Of a DNA stretch of 64,000 nt, positions 39,996 through 51,659 are shown piece after piece. A model generated the notes under the pieces. It was not told the origin of the DNA. It saw only the letters and a program-made list of their open reading frames with translations, and ran no database searches. The stretch lies in NCBI GenBank assembly GCA_002269645.1, contig NIVC01002154.1, positions 84,706 through 148,705 of the forward strand. Reading direction: 5' to 3'. Both the position numbers and the translations under genes were made by a program. Every line of letters starts with the position of its first letter. The stretch's first letter is position 1. This stretch comes from Macrostomum lignano. Lineage: Eukaryota.

Positions 39996-40364
39996 ATTGT
40001 CGGCTCTGAACTACTGAGAGAAGTGAATAAAATTCACTTTGACACAGACTGCGAACTTAATCAATGAAATCAATGAAATCAAGGATTGTGTATCTTTCGG
40101 GCTGGACACTTATTTCGCCAGCAAACGGCTCTTGCTTAAACGAGTTCGTTAGTAATTACTTAGTAGTACCTGGAGCCTTGCTAGGCATGCCCAACTTAAA
40201 AGTCTTCTTTGCTCATCTGACACGTATACATTGAAATTTTGTTTCAATTTCAATATATCTTTTATTTCTGTAAATGCCACTTGCGATCAAGTCAGTTCGA
40301 GCTTCACACACGGAAACAGCAGCTCTTCAGAGATAATGAAACATATTGCCATTTACTCACAGCC

Positions 40365-42431
40365 AGTGCAATAATCCCTTTCTAAGCTAGTGCAATAATC
40401 CCTTTCTAAGCTAGTGCAATAATCCCTTTCTAAGCTAGTGCAATAATCCCTTTCTAAGCTAGTGCAATAATCCGTTTCTAAGCTAGTGCAATAATCCGTT
40501 TCTAAGCTAGTGCAATAATCCCTTTCTAAGCTATAGTGCAATAATCCCTTTCTAAGCTAGTGCAATAACCCTTTCTAAGCTAGTGCAATAATCCCTTTCT
40601 AAGCTAGTGCAATAATCCCTTTCTAAGCTACTGCAATAATCCGTTTCTAAGCTAGTGCAATAATCCCTTTCTAAGCCAGTGCAATAATCCCTTTCTAAGC
40701 CAGTGCAATAATCCCTTTCTAAGCTAGTGCAATAATCCCTTTCTAAGCTAGTGCAATAATCCCTTTCTAAGCTAGTGCAATAATCCCTTTCTAATCTAGT
40801 GCAATAATCCCTTTCTAAGCTAGTGCAGTCATCCCTTTCTAAGCTAGTGCAATAATCCCATTCTAAGCTAGTGCAATAATCCCTTTCTAATCTAGTGCAA
40901 TAATACCTTTCTAAGCTAGTGCAATAATCCCTTTCTAATCTAGTGCAATAATCCCTTTCTAAGCTAGTGCAATAATCCCTTTCTAATCTAGTGCAATAAT
41001 CCCTTTCTAAGCTAGTGCAATAATCCCTTTCTAAGCTAGTGCAATAATCCCTTTCTAAGCTAGTGCAATAATCCCTTTCTAAGCTAGTGCAATAATCCCT
41101 TTCTAAGCCAGTGCAATAATCAATGTCTCAGCAGGTGAAACAATCCATGTCTCAGCAAGTGCAACAATCCATGTCCCAGCCAGTGCAATAATCCATATCT
41201 CAGCCAGTGCAATAATCCATGTCTCAGCCAGCGCAATAATCCATATCTCAGCCAGTGCAATAATCCATATCTCAGCCAGTGCAGTAATCCATGTCTCAGC
41301 CAGCGCAATAATCCATGTCTCAGCCAGCGCAATAATCCATGTCTCAGCCAGCGCCATAATCCATGTCTCAGCCAGTGCAATAATCCATGTCTCAGCCAGC
41401 GCCATAATCCATGTCTCAGTCAGTGCAATAATCCATGTCTCAGCCAGCGCAATAATCCATGTCTCAGCCAGTGCAATAATCCAAGTCTCAGCAAGTGCAA
41501 CAATCCAAGTCTCAGCAAGTGCAACAATCCAAGTCTCAGCAAGTGCAACAACCCAAGTCTCAGCAAGTGCAATAATCCAACTCTCAGCAAGTGCAACAAT
41601 CCATGTCTCAGCCAGTGCAACAATCCAAGTCTCAGCCAGTGCAACAATCCATGTCTCAGCCAGTGCAACAATCCAAGTCTCAGCCAGTGCAACAATCCAT
41701 GTCTCAGCCAGTGCAACAATCCAAGTCTCAGCCAGTACAACAATCCATGTCTCAGCAAGTGCAACAATCCAAGTCTCAGCCAGTGCAACAATCCAAGTCT
41801 CAGCCAGTGCAACAATCCATGTCTCAGCCAGTGCAACAATACAAGTCTCAGCAAGTGCAACAACCCAAGTCTCAGCAAGTGCAATAATCCAACTCTCAGC
41901 AAGTGCAACAATCCAAGTCTCAGCCAGTGCAACAATCCAAGTCTCAGCCAGTGCAACAATCCATGTCTCAGCCAGTGCAACAATACAAGTCTCAGCCAGT
42001 ACAACAATCCATGTCTCAGCAAGTGCAACAATCCAAGTCTCAGCCAGTGCAACAATCCAAGTCTCAGCAAGTGCAACAATCCAAGTCTCAGCCAGTGCAA
42101 TAATCAATGTCTCAGCAGGTGAAACAATCCATGTCTCAGCCAGTGCAACAATCCAAGTCTCAGCAAGTGCAACAATCCATGTCTCAGCCAGTGCAACAAT
42201 CCAAGTCTCAGCCAGTGCAATAATCAATGTCTCAGCAGGTGAAACAATCCATGTCTCAGCAAGTGCAACAATCCAAGTCTCAGCAAGTGCAACAATCCAT
42301 GTCTCAGCAAGTGCAATAATCCATGTCCCAGCCAGTGCAATAATCCAAGTATCAGCCAGTGCAATATCCATGTCTCAGCCAGTGCAACAATCCAAGTCTC
42401 AGCCAGTGCAACAATCCAAGTCTCAGCTAGT
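40365..42431. repeat. 24-bp minisatellite with two related subfamilies (switch at ~41105)
   Basis: AGCTAGTGCAATAATCCCTTTCTA changes to AGCCAGTGCAA(T/C)AATCCA(T/A)GTCTC. Confidence 0.97.
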
Positions 42432-43311
42432 GACTGGCTGAGACATGGATGCCAGGCCGAATCTGTGCGTCCCGTCGCCTCCCGCAGTTAAATTTACTCA
42501 GTGAGTCATGTGGCAAAGTGCCACTGAACTGATCTGAGGTTGCTTGGGGGTGTAGGGTTGCGTGGGCACGTTGATTATTGCTTAAGTATATGCACCTCAT
42601 TGATTCCTAGTCCTTGCGTGTACGTGTATCGTGTACTAATGTACGTCGTGCCTATTAAATATATATGCGCGTGTGCTAACTAGCAGTCGCTCAAGTTTTC
42701 TCGAGAAGTTCTAACTTACCTAACCAGTGGAGTCCGCGTGAGCTATTACAAGTCCCAACGCCTGACAGCATCTACAACATTACTCGTATAATATCTAGAT
42801 CGGACTGTGGAGTGGGGACAGTAACGACCACAGTAACAGAATTGCCGGTTGTGCACGTGGACATGTTTTTATGTACATGTACAATCTTTTTTTGCACATA
42901 AATTTTTCATTTTCACTAGCCGAAGACAAAGAATATTGAGTTACTGTGGGCGCTACCTTATGATGCAATCGTTATTCAATTCCAGTCAGAATGGCTCACA
43001 ATAACCAATATGGTCACGCAATGTAAATCAAATTGCAATGTAAATCAAACTAACAAGTTCCCTTGACCTTTGCGAAAAAGCATGTTTTTTAAATACTTAA
43101 TCCCTTTAGAATTGAGCTATTTCTTAGCCAAGACACATGCACCGTCAGGTAAAAATTCTGATTGAATGGTGCAAGTTTGAAGAAAATCGGTTGAGCCGTT
43201 TTTTTAAATCGATCGCATGCGTACCGACAAACCGTTTTAGTATTTGGAACTAGCCATTTAGCCCCCTCTGGGGAGCACAAGCAGAATTTCAGTACTTACG
43301 AGATTGGATCA

Positions 43312-43440
43312 TGATAGGGGTCATGGGAGTCATGGGAGTCATGGGGGTCATGGGGTCATGGGAGTCATGGAGGTCATGGGGTCATGGGAGTCATGGGGTC
43401 ATGGGGGGTCATGGGAGTCATGGGAGTCATGGGGGCCATG
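43312..43440. repeat. 9-bp repeat (GGGAGTCAT)
   Basis: Seen directly. Confidence 0.9.
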
Positions 43441-43884
43441 ATAAGATGGAAGATCTTACTGGTATCATGGTGCTTCTGCTTCTGCCGGTGCTGCACCCAT
43501 CCGTAACAGACCCCAGCCCACCGATAAGCACATAAGCATAAGCACCACCGATGGCAGTAGATGAGTCTTTGTACTCTCCGTTCGGGTGGGCGCAGTGACA
43601 GTTCTTGAATCACCAGCCACCTTTAAACACTTTTGCACAGTTGCCAGAGATAATGTCATGATCGGCGTCCTTCGTGCTGAACTGCATGCCGTTGCTCTGG
43701 GGGAGGCAGTCGCCGATGCCGGCGCTGCCGGAGAAGCCGGACACGCTCAGCTGGTAGTTGTCGGACTCGGGACCCACGGAGAAGCTGGAGTACTCAGCCC
43801 AGTGCTCAGAGTCGTTCCACGCCTTCATCAGGATCCTCAGCTTCCGAGGACCAGAAGCAGTGAGAGCGTGAAGAGAGTTCAGGC
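43440..43884 (-). pseudogene. Fibrinogen-related domain (FReD) C-terminal exon, disrupted
   Basis: GLNSLHALTASGPRKLRILMKAWNDSEHWAEYSSFSVGPESDNYQLSVSGFSG...NGMQFSTKDADHD...NCAKVFKGGW*FKNCHCAHPNGEY. TGA replaces the second Trp of GGWW, and the downstream frame is also disrupted. CCCAG acceptor at 43885-86. Confidence 0.85.
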
Positions 43885-44929
43885 CTGGGAAGATGCGAGC
43901 AAGCTCTAGCTATTGACATCACACTTTCTACACCATCTCGCGTATGATTGGCTGCCCCTCCCAGGTTGAATTGTGGTCGACCGTTCTGTTATTTAGTCAG
44001 TTCGATTGGCTGCTCTCTTTTTGGCTGCCTAAGTGCCAGTTTTCTACCCCTGTTCTTTTTCCCTCAGGCCCCGGCCTGGCAAGTCTATTTATTGAGACCC
44101 TTTGCAAGCCGCTTTCTAAAAATGTTCGAAGCGCTTCGGACAGCTCTCTTGGCGCTTGGGATTGGAGCCAGCCAGAGACAATCGGGAATTACTCGAGCAT
44201 TCTGGTCTTCGGACTACTTAGTGTTGTTTATGCTTAAGTTAAGTAGAACGTGTCTGGTGGCAGCCTTCTCTGCATCGTTCGCGAGTGCAATAATCCACTT
44301 CTCAGATTTATTTTATACTTTGAGCTGGCATTTACACACAAATTTCACGCCAGGAAAAATTTACTTCCAGACATTCACGAGACCCATGCAAAGTTCTATG
44401 AATACAAACAGAAAAATATTTCTTTGAAAAATTTCCAAGCCTTTTCTAGCGGGTACATACGCTGACACCAAAGCTCAGCAGAGAATGTCTGCCGTGTCCC
44501 ACAGTGACCTACGCCAACACCAAAGGCAGCTGTGAGTGCACCAAATGACACTCAAAATGACACTTACTCAAAATTCAAAGGCGCCTTCTGATGCGCGCAG
44601 TGTAATTTAGGGCTTCTTCTAGCAAAACAGCCGGAATGACTTATTTATCTCGCAAAAGAGGCTAGTTGAACTGGGCTTTCGCTGCGATTCAGATGGTTCG
44701 GATAGATATAACCAATAAATTGGATTGGATTGGGCCAATAACGCAGAAGCAAGAAGCGATTGCGTATATAGGAAAGTCACAGAGGCTTAGAGGTCCCGGC
44801 CGGTGGGCACATAAACATACGAGCGTAACTAGCCGTGATTAAGAAAGCAGCCAAACCTCCGCCCAGCCTAGGCCTGTCTGGCAGGCAGACAAACCCCAAC
44901 CAATCAGATCGAGAGAACTCTAACAGGGG

Positions 44930-45365
44930 TGCAAGCGAGGTACACAAACCCGGTTGTCAGAGTGCCATCGTTTAGCAACCAGGACCTGCGGGCCCAGACG
45001 CCGGATGATCTGTTAAGTTTCGCCGAGCCTTGTCGCCAGCTTGTGAGAGCCGTCTGTGGCCTGCGGACGCGCACGGAGTCACCAGACTGCAGTCGCGAGT
45101 ATTGGGCTCCTCGGCGCCTTACAGCGACTCCTTCAGGATCCGGTTGAGGCGTCTGACGCTCGAGTTTGACTACCATCACATCACATGCTGCACGCCGTAG
45201 TAGCTAAATAGAACTCTCTCGAAGGCGTAGCTGGTGAACTGAGGCCCGTTGTCGGTCCCGATCGCGCCTGGCAGTCCCCATCGAGCGAACAGGTCCTTGA
45301 AGAAATCGGCGCTGACCTTTTAGCCGTCACCGAAGCCGTAGCCCTCGGCCACTTAAAATGCAAGT
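44930..45365 (-). mobile_element. Degraded Gypsy/LTR-retrotransposon integrase remnant
   Basis: Frameshifted pieces KWP, DLFARWGLPGAIGTDNGPQFTS..F....YGVQH, RLNRILKESL and LQSGDSVRVR. Confidence 0.85.
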
Positions 45366-47158
45366 GCTTGAATTTACGCAGGGGATTTCGGGGGCCGCGT
45401 CTCATCTGCCTTTCTCCACTGTGTACGTGTACGCCACTGAATTTTTACACCTGTTTCACCTAGATATATCTATACCTGATCTTTTTCTTCATCCTTGGGT
45501 TTAGGCTTTTGTATAGAAAGGACCACTGTATATACAGTATATACAATATCTACGGCCAGCCCAATATACTGTATATTGTATATACTACAGTTCTCCTTTT
45601 AATGTTAAGCTAAAGGGTCTTGATAGCCATGTAGCTTAGGGAAAAAGTTTGCTATTACGTTTTTATAACACATTGTTCCTAGAGCTTGTTAGTGTCTTAT
45701 TCGTATAAATTATTCTTCTTAGCCCAACTGCTCCGAACTACAATCGTCTGAACAACTTGCCTTTGATTGCCACCTGAGTTCCCTTTCAGTCAGAAATTGA
45801 CAAGAAGTGAAAAAAATGCCGAAAACACCGCACAAAAAACTAACAAAGCTATGAAGCGGAAATTCACAAAATTGTGTACCTTGTCAAAAAAGTGCCCTAA
45901 TTATTTATTTTTAATTATTTAAGCCAAATTCTTTTCTTACTTTGCAAACTTTCTTATTCTCTTATGTAGCCAATTGCTATAGACTTTAAATAAAATATAT
46001 ATGAGATGAATTTGCTTGGGTTAACATTTTTGTTGTTGTAGCTCTTCTGCTTTACTCATCCTCATCAACATCGCGATCGACAAGCTCAGGCAGGCTGCAA
46101 CTGTCGGAGTCGCTTCTCCCATTCGAAGCATTCAATATCAAAGGAAATAACCTATTTTTGTTATTTCCTCAAAAGCATGGAAATTAACATTGACAACATC
46201 AATCAACTCAAATATTGATCTACTAGGTAGGCAGGTAGCAAGTAACGTAAGTATTGCCTTTTTAACTGAGGACTTCCATGCCTTACCGTTCCCGAGCGTA
46301 ACACAACACAACACTTTCCTGTATTAGTGACTAAATTGCTTACTTTAGATTTGATCCTGCAACACCAGCTGTGAAATGAAACAAATTTTGTCATCCTAGA
46401 CTGCAACTGACGGCTTAGCGTCGCGTCTTGCCTACTCCCACTCGCGAGTCGCGTCTTGCATGCATATGGTCTATAAAATTCATCTAAAAAGCAGTGCAAA
46501 TCGAGCCGATCAAAAGTTATGCTCATTAGAATATCATATTTAGTCTAGAGTCTACAAAATTCAGCAAATAGCCTTAATAAAGCCAAGTAACGGTTAAAAA
46601 CCTGATTGATTCTAAACTATAGTATTGGTTATACTGATTGCCAGCATAAAAAAATAGGCCTTACCTAATCTAATCCAACTATAAAATAATAATCAGTGTC
46701 AGTGATAAAGTTTTTAGACAAACAATAAACCATATTTTAGCATATTTAACTAGGCCTAAAATTTTTACTTTTTCAAGTCTAATTTAAAAATAGCTGGTAA
46801 GCTGGGCCCCTATCAATAAAAATGAATTATTGCTACAAGCCATAGGCCTACTTTATGTAAATATTGTAAATAACTTATTAAGTAAATAAAAAATAGCACT
46901 AGGGCCTGTATAATTAGCCATGCAAATTTCTTTGGCTTTAATTATATTGTTAAAACTCATTAAGACATATTTTAGTCTTTAATATTTTTGTTAAATAATA
47001 CACATAAACATACATTCAACTAACATGCAACTTATAGACCTAATGTATAATTCCAATATCTTGTCTTCATTATATTTTTGCTATGTATTTTCTATTGACC
47101 TTATAGCATTTTAGTTATTTTGATTTTTGATTAACTGTATCTTAAGTTAGCTAATATC

Positions 47159-47161
<3 letters not shown>

Positions 47162-47205
<44 letters not shown>
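47162..47205. repeat. (AT)n microsatellite
   Basis: Seen directly. Confidence 0.95.
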
Positions 47206-47209
<4 letters not shown>

Positions 47210-47416
47210 CATATAGGCTTCTGTCTAACATGATAATAAACCAAAATAATATTTTGTATATCCAAACTTTTTAGTGCCATTGGCCTTATTCAAAAAAAAT
47301 TTATATAAAGGATGTTTTTTATTATTATTTATCTTATTGCTTACTGAGCCAATTGCAAAAATTCTTTCATAGCCATACAGAGGAAATAAGGTAGGGTATA
47401 GGGTAGATCATTAAAA

Positions 47417-47636
47417 CAGCAGTTCTCAACCTTTTCTTAGGTGACCCTAATTTATTCACTTGCATTGTTTTTTAATGTTTGCAACCCCCTTTATTATTAA
47501 TATAATGCTTTATATTTATATAATGTCATCATTAAGTATGACATACTTACACTCACACATTTCTTAGTGCTACAACCCCTAGAAAATGGTGATGCAATCC
47601 CACTATGGGTTGCAACCCACAGGTTGAGAACTACTG
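47417..47636. mobile_element. hAT-family MITE (220 bp)
   Basis: 16-bp TIRs CAGCAGTTCTCAACCT / AGGTTGAGAACTACTG (15/16 match) and a perfect 8-bp TSD CATTAAAA at 47409-16 and 47637-44. Confidence 0.9.
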
Positions 47637-48586
47637 CATTAAAACAACAATTCAAATGTTTAAAACAAAAAGGGTACTTTTAAACAAATATTTAAGTTTG
47701 AACAAAAATATCAACTATTAACTACTTTTATCACTAACTATTTTATCAGTTAAAACAACAATTTATATTTATCTTTGTAATAGCAATAATTCAAAAAGTG
47801 CCTACTTCAATATTGACAACAATATTAAAAATCAAAGCTTTAAAGTATTTTAAATCATTTGCCTTTAAATTATAAAATTGCATATATGTTTGTATATTAG
47901 TATTTCTCTTATTAATTCTATATCTATAATTCTATATTTCTATAATAGATTTCTCTATATTATCTATACCTATTAGAATCACTTATTAAGTATATTAATG
48001 AAATTAGTCTATGTATACTTTTAGACTTATTTTATAATTGCTAATATTGTGTAAACAAATATAATTTTATTGCGTTATATAGCCTTAGCATATTTGATAG
48101 CAACTTTAAAGCCTATTTTCGCTATTGGATCATATTTGTTTATTTTAAATTAATAAATATTTTTACTTTGTAATGTGAAAATGATTTTGTATATATACAA
48201 ATTTCTCCTAGAGTATAATATTTTATTGCTGATCAACAATAGATTTATTAAAGTTGTTTATTATTTGAAAGACAAAAATAATGCTTATTGATTCTATGAC
48301 CTAATTGGTAGTTTGTGATTTTTTCACTAAAGCACTAAACCAGCTCTCGAATTGTAGCCAATTTGATGATTTATAGTTTACAAACTGGCAAATATTCAAT
48401 GTAGTTGCATATCTTGTTTTAAAATGATTCCAAGGCAGACCAATACTTAGGTAATCAGGTAGTCTTGGCAATGTTAACTTAGCCTATAGTGTCTGCACAA
48501 CACTCCAGCGCGACACTATTGAGCAGCTTGAGTCACAGCAGCAGCAGTGGCAGCCGGAACTCCCCAGCCCAATCCAGCAGGCCGAC

Positions 48587-49867
48587 ATGACCAGCAGCGA
48601 GAGCGGCCTTAGCGGCCTGGGAGTCTGGCGCCGGTGGAGCATCGGCCTTGTCCCGGACTACCAGCAGTCCTTGGTCAGCCTCTGCTCCGCTGTCCGGCAA
48701 CGGGCCGCCGCGCTGCTCCTGCTGCCCGCTTGGACCGGCGCGCCTTCGGCCGGCCAGGCCTCGCTGTCCGAGTCGCCTTTTCTAGACGGCGAGATCGTCT
48801 ACTCGCGCAACAACGTCTGTGTGCACATCGAGCAGCCGTCCGGCTCGGACACTGTGCACCACCTGGGCTACCTGTGCATCGTCAGCCGCGTGCGGCCGGC
48901 CGGCCACACCGAGTTCCTGCTCAAATGGACGCCCAACGTCAAGCTGTCCAGGCAGATGAGCGCCGAGTCCACCGCCTCCGTGGCGACCGCCTCCGACGCC
49001 TCGGACGCCACCGTCCGGTCGGCGCCGCCGCGGATCCCCGGCTCGGCCGCGCCGCCCGGCGTCTTCCTGTGCAACCTGATGCACTCCGGCTGCGTGCTGG
49101 TCTGCCCCGGTCACGTGATCGTGCGCAGCCCCGAGTCCCAGCTGAAGATCTTCCACTTCCACAGCGGAAGCGGCGGCGGCGGCGGCACGGAGGCCATCGA
49201 GCGCCTGCTGGCCGGACAGCCCGGCTCGTTCCGCTGCCGCCGCCGGCCGCGCTCGCCCTACGCCGAGTTTCACGCCCTCCGCCAGCAGCAACAGCGGCAG
49301 CCGCGGCACTTGCGGATTCTGGAGCAGCCGCTTCATTCTATTCGGGCGGCGAACGACGCTGCGGCGGTGACACCTCGAGAGATTCGCCAGCAGCGGCAGG
49401 AGGCCGGCGGCAACGGGGACGCCGAGAGCGTCGGCAGGCCGACCCGGCTGAACTCGGCGAGCTTTGAAGACCTGGTGAGCATCGAAGGCTTCGTTGAGGA
49501 CCCGACCCAGTTCAAGCGGACGGTGTACCTGTCGGGCGTCGACTCCAGCGTTCGCAGGCAGGTCTGGCCGCTGCTGATCGGCCTGTACCCGTTTGAGAGC
49601 TCAACGGAGCAGCGCTACCAGGTTTACTTGGAGGCCGAGGCCGAGCTGGGCCGCCTGAGACACTCCAGGCACTGCGCGCAGGCGCTGCTGTCTTCGCCGA
49701 CAGCGTCCGGGTCCGCAGCGGCCGCCTCCGTGCTGACCGAAGCTGCTGAGGTCGACTTGAGCGGCCTGCCCGAGCAGCTTCGACTGCGGGAGCTGCTGCT
49801 GGACTTCGCCCACGCCTGCGGGACCTTTGATGAGGCCGCGCCCAGCCTGCTGAGCACCCTGCTGCAG
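48587..49867 (+). CDS. TBC1D16: TBC1D16-like Rab-GAP-domain protein, exon 1
   Basis: LDGEIVYSRNNVCVH...HHLGYLCI...LKWTPN matches the TBC1D16 N-terminus. FKRTVYLSGVDSSVRRQVWPLLIGLYPFESSTEQR marks the TBC start. CAG|GTGAGG donor, phase 0. The frame is also open upstream to ~48490. Confidence 0.88.
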
Positions 49868-49890
49868 GTGAGGGGATTGACTGGCATCAA

Positions 49891-50220
49891 ATAGGATCTA
49901 ACCGGTATCAACTAGGATCTAACCGGTATCATCTAGGATCTAACCTGTATCATCTAGGATCTAACCGGTATCAACTAGGATCTAACCGGTATCATCTAGG
50001 ATCTAACCTGTATCATCTAGGATCTAACCGGTATCATCTAGGATCTAACCTGTATCATCTAGGATCTAACCTGTATCATCTAGGATCTAACCTGTATCAA
50101 TTAGGATCTAACCTGTATCATCTAGGATCTAACCGGTATCATCTAGGATCTAACCGGTATCATCTAGGATCTAACCGGTATCATCTAGGATCTAACCGGT
50201 ATCAACTAGGATCGAACAGG
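49891..50220. repeat. 21-bp minisatellite filling TBC intron 1 (TAGGATCTAACCGGTATCATC)
   Basis: Seen directly. Confidence 0.96.
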
Positions 50221-50254
50221 TAACCTACAACCCAGGAAACGCTCCCTTTCGCAG

Positions 50255-50511
50255 GTTCTGGACGACGACGTGGAAGCCTTCTGCTGCCTCCGCCTGCTGG
50301 TCTCTGACGGCTTCCTGCTGCGCTCTGAGCAGCAGCTTGACTCGGACCTGGCCTGCCTCAGCGAGCTGCTCCGCCTGCTCAAGCCGGAATTCCAGGCCGT
50401 CTACGACCGGCCCGCGGATCTCGGCTTCGCCAGGCGCTGGCTGACCGCCTGCTTCCTCTGGGAGTTCCCGCTGGACGAGGCGCTGGCCGTGTGGGAGGCC
50501 TGCTTCTGCAG
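50255..50511 (+). CDS. TBC1D16: TBC1D16-like exon 2
   Basis: TTTCGCAG acceptor. LSELLRL...FARRWLTACFLWEFPLDEALAVWEAC matches LRELLRL...FCHRWLLLCFKREF..EALRIWEAC. Phase-2 GTGGGT donor. Confidence 0.88.
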
Positions 50512-50552
50512 GTGGGTGACTCTGGTGCCGTTTTTAGTAGTTTTTTGCAGAT

Positions 50553-51133
50553 TATTGACTGCCAGTGACAATTGACTGTCAGTGAAAATTGACTGCCAGT
50601 GACAATTGACTGTCAGTGAAAATTGACTGCCAGTGACAATTGACGGTCAGTGACAATTGACTCTCAGTGACAATTGACTGTCAGTGACAATTGTCTGCCA
50701 GTGACAATTGACTGTCAGTGACAATTGACTGTCAGTGACAATTGACTGTCAGTGACAATTGTCTGTCAGTGACAATTGACGGTCAGTGACAATTGACTCT
50801 CAGTGACAATTGACTGTCAGTGACAATTGTCTGCCAGTGACAATTGTCTGCCAGTGACAATTGACTGTCAGTGACAATTGACTGTCAGTGACAATTGTCT
50901 GTCAGTGACAATTGACTGTCAGTGACAATTCCTGACATTGCTGCCAGTGACAATTGACTGTCAGTGACAATTGACGCCAGTGACAATTGACTTTCAGTGA
51001 CAATTGACTGTTAGTGACAATTGACTGTCAGTGACAATTCCTGACATTGCTGCCAGTGACAATTGACTGTCAGTGACAATTGTCTGTCAGTGACAATTGA
51101 CTGTCAGTGACAATTCCTGACATTGCTACCAGT
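50553..51133. repeat. 17-bp quasi-palindromic minisatellite filling TBC intron 2 (CAGTGACAATTGACTGT)
   Basis: Seen directly. Confidence 0.96.
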
Positions 51134-51159
51134 CAATCCCTGCTGAACTCGCACTGCAG

Positions 51160-51469
51160 GTACGCCACTGCCAGCTTCCAGCTGTTCCTCTGCGCCGCTC
51201 TGATCGACCTGTACGGCGACTTTTGCCTGGAGAAGCGGCTGCCGGCCACCGAGGCCGCCGCCTACTTCGCCCAGCTGTCCGGCGGAGTCGACTCCGACCA
51301 GCTGCTGCGCCGGGCGCGCCAACTTCTGCGCCAATTCCGGCGCCTACAGCGGGTGCCGTGCCGGTTGGCGCCGCTATGCCGTGGCGCGCCGCGCGGCATG
51401 TGGGACTCCTGCCCGGGCCCCGGGCTCGCCTGCCCGCCGGAGCCGCACGACTGCGGACTGCCGCAGTGA
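51160..51469 (+). CDS. TBC1D16: TBC1D16-like exon 3 (terminal)
   Basis: FQLFLCAALIDLYGD...LLRRARQLLRQFRRLQRVPCRL..LC...GMWDS matches the TBC1D16 C-terminus. Joined CDS is 1848 nt (615 aa). Confidence 0.9.
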
Positions 51470-51513
51470 GTCGCCGCGCCGCGCTCGAGCGGCGCCTTGA
51501 AGTGTCGGTCTGG

Positions 51514-51527
51514 GTCGCCATAGCAAC
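51514..51527. promoter_or_regulatory. RFX X-box-like motif GTCGCCATAGCAAC
   Basis: Fits the 14-nt RTHNYYWTRRNRAC consensus. First of a cluster of related sites. Confidence 0.45.
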
Positions 51528-51659
51528 AACTTGCTGACCTTGACAATGATTTTTTACCAAGGAAACGAGTTTGTAATTTTAGCAACAGGTTGTCTACTTT
51601 TGCAATGTGTTGCCTAGCATAGCATGCTTGTCAAAACTTTGAAAACACGTTGTTTACTA

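Noticed and set aside
39327-42371. Long hydrophobic repeat ORFs (IAIGIALL..., IVALAETW...)
   Set aside because: Products of the 17-bp and 24-bp arrays, with no non-repetitive coding context.
42540-42780. Possible LTR ending in CTACAACA
   Set aside because: No matching 5' terminus or TSD could be identified.
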